Part shown: in pieces, positions 52,985-63,318 of the stretch
How positions within the stretch are numbered: the stretch's first letter is position 1
How the letters are laid out: the number at the start of each line of letters is the position of its first letter
DNA from: an uncultured delta proteobacterium
GTDB taxonomy: Bacteria > Desulfobacterota > Desulfobacteria > Desulfobacterales > QNYZ01
DNA: 64,000 nt
Assembly: GCA_963845145.1 (NCBI GenBank)
Contig: CAWJQU010000013.1
Location: 64,001 to 128,000 of the forward strand
Reading direction: 5' to 3'
Made by a program: the position numbers and the translations under genes
Notes under the pieces: generated by a model
The model's database searches: none
Told to the model about the DNA's origin: nothing
Seen by the model: the letters and a program-made list of their open reading frames with translations, nothing else

Positions 52985-54322
52985 CTATTGGTTTTTGTCC
53001 GATAATCCGGCGCTTCGATTATTCAAAGAGATCAAAATTCGAATGGAAAAGCGGTTTTCGTCAAAATCAAAAATGGAGAAATTAGAGTCGCGTTTTGTAT
53101 AGGAGTAAGCAGCATCGGCCATGAGCCAGCGGGACAATTCATATCTTACCGAGGGGCGTAGCCGGATTAAATCCTCTTTTCGTTCCTTGGTTTCACCATC
53201 AAGTGTCAGCTCACCTTGGTAATGGTCCCAGGCGTAGCTCAAGAACAGATGGCCGGTTAATTTTTCGGTAAATCGCTGATTATACTGTGCGCTGGCACCA
53301 TGGGTGAGGACATAGTCCGTCTCCCGAATGGTGGTCTCCTCAGTTCTTCTGAACCCAGTGAAATGTATTGATGTTTTGGGTGTAAATTGATGTGAGAGCT
53401 GGCCTTCTAAAATCAAAGTGCCATCATCTTCCTTATTGGAATCCTGGTCGAAATCCTTGTAACCGTAACCCAATTTCAAACGCCCCTTGGATTTTGGACT
53501 CATTTTCCAATCAATACCCCCAAAATAGTGGTGCTCTTGACTGTCATTAGATATGAAATTTAGTTCATAATCGATATCGATAAATCGGTATTGAGCGAAA
53601 ATGGACGTTTTCGGCCGGACTTTAAAAAATAGATATCCCCCATACGCCATATCCTGACGATCCCTACCGATTAAAGGAATTTCATCAAAGGGTCGGTCTT
53701 CATAATTGAGATCGATATGGGTAAAATCGAACCTTAACTTAAATTTGTCGCTGAAATCATAATAAATAAGCGTATTGAACAGGTTTTCTTCAAATTCGTC
53801 GTGGCGTGTAAACGGAGCAACCCCAACAGGGTCAAAAGTATCTACATATTGATCCATCAACTCGATGGTCAGTCCGTTTCTGAAATTAAATTGCAACTGG
53901 CCTTCAAACTTATGGCTTTCCGTGTCCTCTTCGGTGATTTCATTATACCTGTGAATGTCCGCACCATATAGCAAGTATGCCGAATAGCGTCTGAATACTT
54001 CCGGGTTTTCCAACGACAGCGTAAACCCAGCGGGGGTTTTTGGAGAAACGGCCAGATCCATTTTTTTGGATCGCGTACCGGGAAGCGATATCCAAATTTC
54101 CGGCGAGATGATCCAGAGGAAGTCTTCATATGTGTCTTCATTTTCATTAAACACGTTATCCGACCACTCACCGCCGATAGCTAAGGAAGGATGGAAAAAG
54201 CGCCCGCGTTTTTCAAAGATATCACCAGTGACCTCATCATCGGTTTTTGGCGGGCTAGCTGTCACAGCGCTAACAAACAGAGCAAATATAAAGGATGCAA
54301 TTAAAAAAGATATTTTTTTCAT
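52985..54322 (-). CDS. EPS-associated outer-membrane beta-barrel (VpsM/EpsL-like)
   Basis: Signal peptide, WSDNVF, alternating beta strands; upstream of wza-wzc. Confidence 0.8.
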   Translation of the reverse strand: MKKISFLIASFIFALFVSAVTASPPKTDDEVTGDIFEKRGRFFHPSLAIGGEWSDNVFNENEDTYEDFLWIISPEIWISLPGTRSKKMDLAVSPKTPAGFTLSLENPEVFRRYSAYLLYGADIHRYNEITEEDTESHKFEGQLQFNFRNGLTIELMDQYVDTFDPVGVAPFTRHDEFEENLFNTLIYYDFSDKFKLRFDFTHIDLNYEDRPFDEIPLIGRDRQDMAYGGYLFFKVRPKTSIFAQYRFIDIDYELNFISNDSQEHHYFGGIDWKMSPKSKGRLKLGYGYKDFDQDSNKEDDGTLILEGQLSHQFTPKTSIHFTGFRRTEETTIRETDYVLTHGASAQYNQRFTEKLTGHLFLSYAWDHYQGELTLDGETKERKEDLIRLRPSVRYELSRWLMADAAYSYTKRDSNFSIFDFDENRFSIRILISLNNRSAGLSDKNQ

Positions 54323-54474
54323 CAAAAGCTATTTTTCCGGCAGACGATATTGCCCTCAAAATCTTAAGGGGCCGACGCAAAACGCCCCTTTTTACCTGAA
54401 CTGCCTGGAAAAAGGGGCTTATTATAAAGGTTTATTTTAATAAAACCGAATCGATATCCAATCAATTTAATCCG

Positions 54475-55020
54475 TCATCGTTTGATAAAGGATGGGAAAG
54501 GGCTATCGAAAGTAAATGGGCTGGTAAACGGGCCCTCTCTAATTTCCCCCCCGGCAACAACGGATTCCCTTGTAAACGTCCCGCTTTCCCCAGGTACGGG
54601 TGTAAAAGCGATTCTTAGCAGGTGGTCAACCACCTCTTCGTCAATTCCTGAATCAAGCGCCACTTTTGCAAATACGGCCGAGGGAATATTAACACCGGGC
54701 TCCGCGCAACATATGGCCAGATGCTCTAAATTACCACCAGCCTTGATGAGCGAGGTAAGCGCCTGATGTACTTCTATTTTTTCCTTAAGCATGGCAACCA
54801 AAATATCACAAACCGGATAATTTTCTTCAACAGACGTCCAAGCTATTTCTGTAACCGAAACTCCGGTTGAGGTTGCTAATGCGATGCCTGGTCGTAGTTT
54901 ACCCTCATCAAGCTTGTCTTGCCATGATGGGGCAGCATAAGCATTGGCTTGAAATAAAAAAACCAAACCAAGCACTACGCTCACTAAACCGACAAGCTGT
55001 TTTCTTAATTTATCTTTCAT
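54475..55020 (-). CDS. Secreted hypothetical protein
   Basis: RBS GGAG, signal peptide ending ANAYA, Pro/Phe-rich C-terminal tail. Confidence 0.75.
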   Translation of the reverse strand: MKDKLRKQLVGLVSVVLGLVFLFQANAYAAPSWQDKLDEGKLRPGIALATSTGVSVTEIAWTSVEENYPVCDILVAMLKEKIEVHQALTSLIKAGGNLEHLAICCAEPGVNIPSAVFAKVALDSGIDEEVVDHLLRIAFTPVPGESGTFTRESVVAGGEIREGPFTSPFTFDSPFPSFIKR

Positions 55021-55222
55021 GGGTATTCTCCGAATCTTTTGAGAAATGGCCCAATGGCATGTTGATTGTTTGTTTGTATTGTATTTAAACATCTTATTTT
55101 ACGTGTTTTTTTTGTTGGGTGCAACCCTTATTTTTCAATCGTTAGATTTGGAATAATGTCTATAGCGCACATGTCTTTAAGTTCGGCCAGTAGAAATAAC
55201 CAAAGTTTAATAATTTTATTAA

Positions 55223-55238
55223 AGCAAGATTTATGCCA
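55223..55238 (-). promoter_or_regulatory. Sigma54 promoter upstream of the secreted protein and EPS export genes
   Basis: Minus-strand TGGCATAAATCTTGCT, near-perfect GG-N10-GC consensus. Confidence 0.85.
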
Positions 55239-55452
55239 ATGAATAAAATTTTATATTAATAATAATAACAGATAATTGCTAATATTATTGTATGGCCTTG
55301 AAAAAAATGTGGAAAAATACTATCTATTTATATTACATTTTTTCGCCAATACCGATAAGATTATTTTTTAAGCTTAAGGAAATTAATTATAAAATTTGCG
55401 AGTCTGCAGGCGGTTGGATTTTATGTGAGCTTGTAAAAATACGTAGTAACCT

Positions 55453-57004
55453 TTAGCTATCATAATCCGGACTGTTTTTCTTTTCAGACGATTGTCTGGT
55501 TTTCATAAAGTCGTTTTGACCCATTTTCTCGATTATCAATTCAAGTGATTCCATTAATGAATTCCTAAGTTGCTCAACCCTTCTGAACGTATACGGGTTG
55601 ATAGGGGTTTGCTGCAGGTTTTTGGCGAGATACAGCACTCCGTAATTGATCTTTTTGTTGTTGATCAGTGGGAACGCCAATCTGAGGAGATGCTCTTTGT
55701 CGGTATCCGTAACCAGTTGAATGTTATACGAATCCGCCTGCCATTTAAATCGCTCCTTTTCCACTAATGAGCTGATTTTTTTATCCAAACGAAGCTCAAC
55801 GGAAGCCAACTCGAGCATCTTGGCTGCTTGGCAGAAATTCTCCCATAAATCGTTTAGGCTGGCGGATTTGCTAATGTCGATCTGAAGGCTTAAAAAACTG
55901 CGTCGATCACGACGTAACCCGGTCATATCGGCTACATCCCGAAACCAACCGTAAACCTTGTCTGAAGCGATATATTCGAAATAGCCGAGTTTGCGAATGA
56001 ATAAAATGGCCCCGGCTCCCAGGACAAATAGAAAAAGGCCGGCGCGTTCGTCCCGAAGGTTGACCATAATCACGGCCGAAAGGCACAATCCGAATGTCAG
56101 TGCATAGATGAGCAAAACCGCCCTTTTGGTACTTAACCCTTTGCTCAGCAAGCGGTGGTGGATATGGCCATTGTCGGGCGCGAACATTTTTCGCCCCCGC
56201 ACAAAACGACGCAAGGGGGTCAGCATCGTATCAAATAGCGGAATTCCCAGGGCCAGCAAAGGAATCAAAAGCGCGGCACCCACCTGGCTCTTCACCGACC
56301 CCATAATGGAGATTGCGGCCACGGCATATCCTAGAAAATAACTGCCGCCATCCCCCAAAAAAATCGTAGCGGGATTGAAATTATAGCGTAAAAAACCGAG
56401 GGTCGCGCCACCGAGTGCTGAAAAGAGCATGGCCGAAATGAAATTTTGCCCAATCACCGATAACACCACCATGACGGCAGCCGCAAAAAAAACCACGCCC
56501 GCGGCCAATCCATCCAGACCATCCACCAGATTGACGGCATTGATAAAAAGGATAAACCAGAAGACTGTAATAAAATAGCTGAATAATTCGAATTCAATTA
56601 TCTTTCCCATAATGACAAATTGTTCGATGCGAACGCCACCCCAAAATGCCACACTGGCACCGATAATTTGAAAAGCGAATTTGATTGCCGGATGAAGCCG
56701 GTGAAAATCATCCACCAGTCCAACCGCAAAGCAGATAACGGCACCGAGAAAAGAAAAGCATTTTCTGCTGATCCAGTACCAGCAAATCGGAAACGCGGGT
56801 CATGAATAGCGTACTGGCCAGCAGCGAAAGCGTAAAAGCGATGAATATGGCCAGGCCACCGATACGGGGGATCGGCTTGGTATGAACTTTTCGAGCGTCG
56901 GGCTCGTCAAGGGCCCCAAGCCGCATTCCAAGCCTTCCCATTAATGGGCTAAGGATTAGGGACAAGGTCAGTGAAATGGCAAATATTAAGAGGAGCGTTG
57001 TCAT
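55453..57004 (-). CDS. wecA: WecA/TagO (MraY-family) initiating GlcNAc-1-P transferase, frameshifted at about 56749-56757
   Basis: RKVHTKPIPRIGG in ORF 56708-57004 joins LGAVICFAVGLVDD and then NLVDGLDGL, FLGDGG, HIHH in ORF 55453-56715. Confidence 0.88.
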
Positions 57005-57025
57005 GCGATTATGGGATAATACGAC

Positions 57026-58183
57026 CTATTTAAATAAACTGAGCGCGATCTCCCCAGCCAGACGAAGGGGCCGCAGGGGATAATATAAAAAAGTCAGGTT
57101 CGTCGGTAATGGAAATATTCCCCAATCTCGCCGACTGGGTACAAACAGCAAATAGAGAAGGTAACGGGCTCTGTCGCAAAGACTTTCACGAATATTAAAA
57201 TGGAAGAGGGAAAAATTTGAATTTATTCGTTTATTTTTTTGTATAAATAGTGTTTCGGTAACCTTCGTTGTGATTTTCATTGCGATGGGATCTGTTTCTA
57301 TGACTTCCAAAACTCGACTGGGGATCGGCGCTGCCAGCAAATGATGGGCCAACAGGAGTCCGACGTCCAGCATTCTTCGGCACCGTATCTGATCGGCCAA
57401 TTCCATGACCCGCCCCCAATCGATATCACTGCGAGCGCCGACCAGTTCAGCCACACAACAGATACTGTCAAGGTTGCACCAGCAATCCTTCGAACCGTGA
57501 ATGCATAGGTACATCAGCAAATCTTCAACGGGCATTTGGCGTATTGGCGCTCCCGAGAATGTCGTTGATTCAAAATGACCATCAAAATGGTCCATAACCA
57601 TAGGGTAGGTCGTGTAGCGCCCAGTCAAATTCCAATGAAGCTCCACGGTTACCTTTGTGTCCATATTGTATAAGGACAATGAGTATTCCGTCTTAGCATA
57701 AGCGATCAATTGTGCTGCAGTCAGGTCGATTTCGGGTCGATAGTCGAGAGACAAAAGCAGCTGATACATTGTGGAAATATCCTTTTTGCCAACCAGGATA
57801 TCAAGATCTGCAAACTGGCGTAATGCCGAGTCGCCATAAACCGATTCAGCCAAAGCCGGTCCTTTAAAAGGGATAAAGGAAATGTTTTTCTCCTGAAACA
57901 ACGCGATTAATTCGACCAGCTCACCCGCAATGGTGAGGCTGTGCTGAAGATTGGTGTAATAATAGGTTTTGAGTTTTTTTAAGGTGGTTTGAGGAATGGA
58001 TCGGGAATGGGTTTTTTGCAGGTTGATAAACAACAGCGGCATGACCCGATGAGCCACAGCGATTCGGATCACATCGTCCCAATCGATTTCTTCTTTTAGG
58101 AGTGATAAAACATGATCGGTTAAGCGATTATCCAGGCGGGTTCGGGAACAGCTTAAAATGAGTTCAACTTCCGTGCGTCTCAT
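57026..58183 (-). CDS. Nucleotidyltransferase family protein (NTP_transf_5-like)
   Basis: FKGPALAESVY..RQFADLDILV, VELHW, IHGSK. Confidence 0.85.
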   Translation of the reverse strand: MRRTEVELILSCSRTRLDNRLTDHVLSLLKEEIDWDDVIRIAVAHRVMPLLFINLQKTHSRSIPQTTLKKLKTYYYTNLQHSLTIAGELVELIALFQEKNISFIPFKGPALAESVYGDSALRQFADLDILVGKKDISTMYQLLLSLDYRPEIDLTAAQLIAYAKTEYSLSLYNMDTKVTVELHWNLTGRYTTYPMVMDHFDGHFESTTFSGAPIRQMPVEDLLMYLCIHGSKDCWCNLDSICCVAELVGARSDIDWGRVMELADQIRCRRMLDVGLLLAHHLLAAPIPSRVLEVIETDPIAMKITTKVTETLFIQKNKRINSNFSLFHFNIRESLCDRARYLLYLLFVPSRRDWGIFPLPTNLTFLYYPLRPLRLAGEIALSLFK

Positions 58184-58959
58184 TTTATCTTTTTTAAGCC
58201 GGCCAATTCAAGAAACACGTGCCACAGAAATCGCGGTCCATCGATAAGATCCCGCCGCCATAGCTTTCTAGGTTCTTTATATAGCCGCCATAACCATTCC
58301 ACTCCAATTCGGGCAACCCACTCTGGAGATCTCTCTACTGTACCAGCCAAAAAATTAAAGATGGCGCCTATACCGACTGCAATCGGTATTCGTAATTTGT
58401 CTTTGTACTTGTAAATCCATATGTCTTGTTTGGGGCAACCCAATGCCACCCATAAGACATCCGGTTTGGCCGCATTAATCATACTGATGATATCATTTTC
58501 TTCTTTATTTGAAAGTGGTCTGAAAGGGGGTGAAAATGTGCCAACGATACGATGGCCAGGGTATTCTTTATTAAGCTTGATGGCCATTTTATTGAGGGTC
58601 GCTTCTGTATCACCATAAAAAAAGCTTTTATATCTTTTTTGATTAGCAATATTAAAGAATGCTCTCACAAAATCGATACCGGCGAGTCTTTTAGCCGTTT
58701 TACATCCCTTCAGCGTGGCAATCCATTTGAAGGATATGCCATCGGGTATCCATAAGTCAGCATTATGATAGATTTTTTGAATTTCGGCTGATTTGCTGGC
58801 TTCCCAGATTCCGTGAAATCCCGTATTGACTATTTGTCCACAAGGTTGACCCGGCGTATAGCTATCTATCATATCTTCCATGGCCGCGATAATCTCAGGA
58901 ATGTCCAATGCCGGTATCACATTGTTAAGAATCCGAACCGATTTAACAGGGTTTCGCAT
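58180..58959 (-). CDS. WecG/TagA/CpsF glycosyltransferase
   Basis: IPDG, SPPF, VALGCPKQD, EWLWRL..EPRKLWRR. Confidence 0.93.
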   Translation of the reverse strand: MRNPVKSVRILNNVIPALDIPEIIAAMEDMIDSYTPGQPCGQIVNTGFHGIWEASKSAEIQKIYHNADLWIPDGISFKWIATLKGCKTAKRLAGIDFVRAFFNIANQKRYKSFFYGDTEATLNKMAIKLNKEYPGHRIVGTFSPPFRPLSNKEENDIISMINAAKPDVLWVALGCPKQDIWIYKYKDKLRIPIAVGIGAIFNFLAGTVERSPEWVARIGVEWLWRLYKEPRKLWRRDLIDGPRFLWHVFLELAGLKKIK

Positions 58960-59182
58960 TAATCATCTATTGCCGATTTATCATTAAAAAAACTGCGGTA
59001 CCCCTTTTGGTTGGCCAGCGCAAAAAATGCCTGCATTGACTCGGCACCGGGAATTCTCTGGATTTTTCAAAGGCCCTTGAGCCTTGAAATCGCTACTGGG
59101 GCGATGGCATCCGGCCCACAGATATCCGCGCTGTTTTGATTTCGTTTGAGTTCCGCGTCTTGATGGGCTTTCAATATCCCAT

Positions 59183-59959
59183 TTAATCACTACTATAAGA
59201 GGAAAGTGTTTTTCCAGCCCACAGGTTTACACCGTCGGCAATCGGCATTCCGAGATAACTGTCTACCAACCGGCCTGATTCGTCTAATGCTGGATGGATC
59301 ATTACCTCGCAGGACCTGAAGCGATTCGGGTTCCGATTAATTTCGAATTCGTAATCATCGGCTTTTCCAAAACGGCGTGTCCGGCGTAATCCATTAATCT
59401 CGATAAAGAAGTTGACCAAAGAGCGGTAGATATAATTTAACTGTGACCGATCAAGGCCGATATTTCGTGCAATTCTAATATATGGGATTTGCTCTTTTTT
59501 TAGCACCCGAATAACAATAGGCAGAACACCGGGTTCCTCATGCATATGGTTATGGGAGTCAGCATGGGTCAATGGTAGGCCGGCACCCCGGCATCGTCTA
59601 ATTTGCGCGCGGAGTTCTTTTTCCACCGCGAGCTTTTCTACTGAAGACAACCGCCAGTAGCGGATCGAACGGCGCATGACCAGCGTTCCGTCTTTTAGGC
59701 AGAATCGCTGGCATTGTCTTATCGACTTCGTCAGGGCCTTTCCCTGAGTGAGATTCAGGTGAACGCCGATCCGATTGTGCCAGCCATGTTTACTGATTAT
59801 TCGGAATGCATCCTGGGTGGAAGGCATATTGGCCATGATCGTTGCGCTGGAGCACCACCCTTTTGCGAGACACACGGCAACGCCACGATTGTGAGATACG
59901 TCCCGGCCTAAATCGTCGGCGTTGATGATAAGAAGATTTAACGTCTTTTTTAAGACCAT
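59183..59959 (-). CDS. ChbG/YdjC-family carbohydrate deacetylase
   Basis: NADDLG, GVHLNL, THADSHNH, EVMIHP. Confidence 0.9.
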   Translation of the reverse strand: MVLKKTLNLLIINADDLGRDVSHNRGVAVCLAKGWCSSATIMANMPSTQDAFRIISKHGWHNRIGVHLNLTQGKALTKSIRQCQRFCLKDGTLVMRRSIRYWRLSSVEKLAVEKELRAQIRRCRGAGLPLTHADSHNHMHEEPGVLPIVIRVLKKEQIPYIRIARNIGLDRSQLNYIYRSLVNFFIEINGLRRTRRFGKADDYEFEINRNPNRFRSCEVMIHPALDESGRLVDSYLGMPIADGVNLWAGKTLSSYSSD

Positions 59960-59978
59960 TCTTCAGTCTTGTCCTACT

Positions 59979-60620
59979 TTAGATATTTAGACAGTTTCCC
60001 TCACGATAAAAAATGCTGGTTTGTCCAACATGAATCACTTGTGGTCGCATCCCTCTGAAACAGATTTCACGAAAACCCATCTCCGCCATTATATGGTGAT
60101 CATTATTTCGCTCTGTATCATCCCAAAGCACAACGCCACTTTTACTCAGGTACGCCTCTACCATACTGGCGCATTCAAGTCGGCTTTTCCTTTCCGCATC
60201 AATAACCACAAAATCAAAAACCTTGCCATCTTCTATGAAAGAACCGGGATCATTTAAAAACGATTGAATGGAAGAAGCGAACAAGACTATTGCATTGCTT
60301 TGAACTTTTGTGGATACATATTTTGCCCAAGGACTGTGACTCTCAATGGACAAGACCTCCTTCACCCTTGTACTTAACCATATAGTCGAATTACCACAAC
60401 CAAATTCGAGTACACTGGCGTTTTTAGGAAGCCGTTCAGCGAGAAAATGAATACAAGGATAAGTCCACCAAGGAATGGCATCTCCTTTTTCATTGATCGG
60501 CTTGGAAACATGAAATGAGTGAAACCACCCCAACTGTTTAAGGGCACTCTTGGGGTGATAACGTAAAACCAAAGGGCCAAAGCCGCTCGAGCGCATAAGA
60601 CGCCATACCAATGTAGCCAT
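59979..60620 (-). CDS. Class I SAM-dependent methyltransferase-like protein (start uncertain)
   Basis: IPWWTYP, VLEFGCGNST, FDFVVID, WDD. The true start may be ATG 60673 via a homopolymer frameshift. Confidence 0.75.
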   Translation of the reverse strand: MATLVWRLMRSSGFGPLVLRYHPKSALKQLGWFHSFHVSKPINEKGDAIPWWTYPCIHFLAERLPKNASVLEFGCGNSTIWLSTRVKEVLSIESHSPWAKYVSTKVQSNAIVLFASSIQSFLNDPGSFIEDGKVFDFVVIDAERKSRLECASMVEAYLSKSGVVLWDDTERNNDHHIMAEMGFREICFRGMRPQVIHVGQTSIFYREGNCLNI

Positions 60621-60669
60621 TTTCTGATTCACCGAACCAGGAGGTATATTTTGATATCGTAGAATTTTT

Positions 60670-61885
60670 TCATACCGGCCGATAACGTCCTTTCCAAAAC
60701 GGTAATACGGCTCGTGACCACCATGGCCCCAACCGCTTTGGGTTATTGCGGCAAAACTCAATCGCACCCAGCGCCCCGCTTAGATAGCGTTCTATCCCCC
60801 ATTGTCCGATGATTCTTCGGGAATTTTCACCCATCTCGCGACGACGCTCCTCAGGGAGAATAGTAAGAACGCTTAGCTTATCGGCCATAGCTTGAATATC
60901 AAACGGTTCCAACGCAAATCCGTTCACCCCCTCTTGAACCAGTGATTCAAAGCATCCGCACAGCGGACTGACTAAAACGGGTGCACCACAGCACATTGCC
61001 TCATTAACCACATTACCCCAGGTTTCGTTGATACTCGGGAGAACAAAAGCTGTACACAAGCTATAATAACTCGCCAAAATTTCCCGAGAAATGGAAGATC
61101 GTAAATGAAACCGGCCCCGAGGCAGTGAATCCGAAAATTGAGCAAGCATTGCGCGTTCGGGCCCATCTCCTATCAAGATGAAATCAATGGGGTGATCCGC
61201 CTCTCTAGCGTATATTTTATATGCTTCAAGCAGCCGAAACCAGTTTTTAGCGGGAATTAGTCGTCCGACCCCAAAAAAAAAGCGCTCCGGTAGGGCCAAC
61301 TCTTTTCTCTTGGTATTTTCCAATGCCACAGATTCCTTATGTCTCTTTACCCATACGTCATTCATCGAGCTATTCAGTCCATAAAATTGACGTTCGCCTG
61401 GGATCCCCCACCATTGATAATCATCACAGTGCGAAGGTGCCGGGATAAATACGGCATCACAATTGACATAGAAACAGCGCTTAATAAAATTCGTAAATCG
61501 ATTCGCCGAAACATTTCGTTGACGAACCGTATCCATCAGGATTACCGGGATATTTCGCCCCACCGCCCAACGGATGGCAGCCGCACCCATTGGGAACGCA
61601 ACCGCCCAGGCCATCACCACAGCCGGACTCAGCCGATCAAGTGCCGCGATACATTCAGTATACAACTGTCGGGCTGCCAGATCTTGTACTCTTATTTGCG
61701 GATAAAGGCACTCCCGCCAGGGGGACTGCCGCGACTCCTCCGGTAGATCTTCATAGAGGCCACCTCGCCCAGTACCTTCGAGGGCAATGAAATCTATCCC
61801 TTCTGCCGCTAATTTAGTATAAAGTGCCTCTAGTTTTTTCTACCATGTAAGGGGCAAAATCCGTATGGGTAAAAACAATGCGCAT
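60670..61885 (-). CDS. GT4 glycosyltransferase, frameshifted at an A6 run (61834-61839)
   Basis: GRLIPAKN, GDGPE, ETWGNVVNEAM. The N-terminus MRIVFTHTDFAPY joins LEALYTKL after removing one A. Confidence 0.82.
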
Positions 61886-61955
61886 AGGTATCAGCCTGGT
61901 AACAATAGCCTTGTTAACGGTAGAGTGTAGTGGTCAACACAAAACGGACACATTG

Positions 61956-62801
61956 TTAAGCAACTTTTAGCCAACGTTCTTTCTCATAATCGATAGGGGA
62001 TAGATACCCCAAAGTCGAATGTAACCGGATACTATTGTAGTAAGTGACATAATCCAATATTTCAATTTCAGCATCATTACGGGTAAAAAAACGATATGCG
62101 TGCAATCGTTCGGATTTCAAGGAACGAAAAAAGCGCTCCGTGGGCGCATTATCCCAACAGTTACCTTTGCGGCTCATGCTGGGGATCATACCGTAGGTTT
62201 TAAGTTGTTTCTGGTATTCGTGACACGCATATTGACTGCCACGATCCGAATGGTGCAACAGGCCTCTGGAGGGCTTTCTTTGCCAGTAGGCCATCGCCAA
62301 AGCATCCATTACGAGATCTTTTTTCATCCGCTTATCCATAGCCCAGCCCACGATTTGACGCGAATAAAGGTCCATGACAATGGCCAGGTAAAGCCAACCC
62401 TCATAGGTCCAAACATAACTGATATCCGCCGTCCAGACCGTATTGGGCAGATCAACATCAAAGTTGCGATTAAGGATATTGGCTGCCACGGGGTACGCAT
62501 GACGACTATCAGTCGTGCATTTAAACCGTTTGGGTGTTTTCGCCTTTAAACCCATTTGTCGCATGATTCGGCGTACTTTAAACCGTCCAATGGAATGATC
62601 TTCCGCTTCTAATTGTTTAACAATCCTGCGGGAACCATAACTGGCTTTGGATTGGTCGAATATCACTTTGATTCGATGCCTTAACGCCGCTTCATCTGGT
62701 CGGTGGTTATCTCCGGATCGGTAATGATCCAGATAGTCATAAAAACCACTCCGGCTAACCCGCATCACCTTACATAAAACGGTGACGGGAAAGGCCTTCA
62801 T
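61956..62801 (-). CDS. IS3 transposase OrfB (DDE)
   Basis: WTADISY, HSDRGSQY, GNCWDNAPTERFFRSLKSE. Confidence 0.95.
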   Translation of the reverse strand: MKAFPVTVLCKVMRVSRSGFYDYLDHYRSGDNHRPDEAALRHRIKVIFDQSKASYGSRRIVKQLEAEDHSIGRFKVRRIMRQMGLKAKTPKRFKCTTDSRHAYPVAANILNRNFDVDLPNTVWTADISYVWTYEGWLYLAIVMDLYSRQIVGWAMDKRMKKDLVMDALAMAYWQRKPSRGLLHHSDRGSQYACHEYQKQLKTYGMIPSMSRKGNCWDNAPTERFFRSLKSERLHAYRFFTRNDAEIEILDYVTYYNSIRLHSTLGYLSPIDYEKERWLKVA

Positions 62802-62824
62802 TTGCTGCCGGATAAAATCAAATC

Positions 62825-63124
62825 TTAGTTTGATTCGTTGGCAAAGAAGGCCGCCGCCTTTTTTAAGATTTCGCGCTCCATCAAAAGGCGTTTGTTTTCT
62901 TTTTGGAGGCGCTTATTTTCCAGCGCCAAGTCCACGGAAGAATCTGCTTTAGTAGGGTTTTCCAATTTATCCCGATGTTGGCGGACCCACCGGGAGATAT
63001 TGGTATGATGGGTTCCCAATCGACGACCCACTTCAGCCGCGCTGTAGCCTTGTTCGGTGACCAGCTTAACAGCATCGTTTTTAAAGTCGTCGGTAAAGAT
63101 CCTGCGTTTCCGATTTTGGTTCAT
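62825..63124 (-). CDS. IS3 transposase OrfA (HTH)
   Basis: FTDDFKNDAV..ISRWV..EREILKKAAAFF; RBS GAGGTG before ATG 63124. Confidence 0.93.
   Translation of the reverse strand: MNQNRKRRIFTDDFKNDAVKLVTEQGYSAAEVGRRLGTHHTNISRWVRQHRDKLENPTKADSSVDLALENKRLQKENKRLLMEREILKKAAAFFANESN
62858..62864 (-). other. -1 programmed frameshift site A_AAA_AAG (OrfAB fusion)
   Basis: The -1 frame reads KKGGGLLCQRIKLRFDFIRQQMKAF, continuous with OrfB. Confidence 0.85.
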
Positions 63125-63146
63125 TTGACACCTCGTCTGCATAAAA

Positions 63147-63318
63147 GGCCTGATAACCATCATTTGGCATTGAAATCATATTGGCAACTTTGAACCCGCA
63201 GAAAAGATTATTTGCTCCGACGAGCACCTTTATAAGCCCATTCTCGCAAATAACCTCTTCTGCTGGAATCCGTGGCATTTTACATGAATTCATGGCATTG
63301 ATCGATGGTTATCAGACC
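63147..63318. mobile_element. MITE-like foldback element nested in the IS3 leader
   Basis: TIRs GGCCTGATAACCATC / GATGGTTATCAGACC (14/15), inner inverted repeat 63198-63215 / 63246-63263 (16/18), AAA on both flanks. Confidence 0.65.

Noticed and set aside
464..63193. Numerous 60-185 aa antisense or overlapping ORFs in the track
   Set aside because: They shadow well-supported genes and lack an RBS or recognisable motifs.
63125..63293. Extended OrfA start at 63163 and the 70-aa ORF 63081-63293
   Set aside because: Both arise from the nested palindromic insert; the RBS supports ATG 63124.
63147..63318. Integron attC site (TAAC...GTTA cores)
   Set aside because: Longer than typical attC sites, poor match to RYYYAAC/GTTRRRY, and no cassette or integrase nearby.
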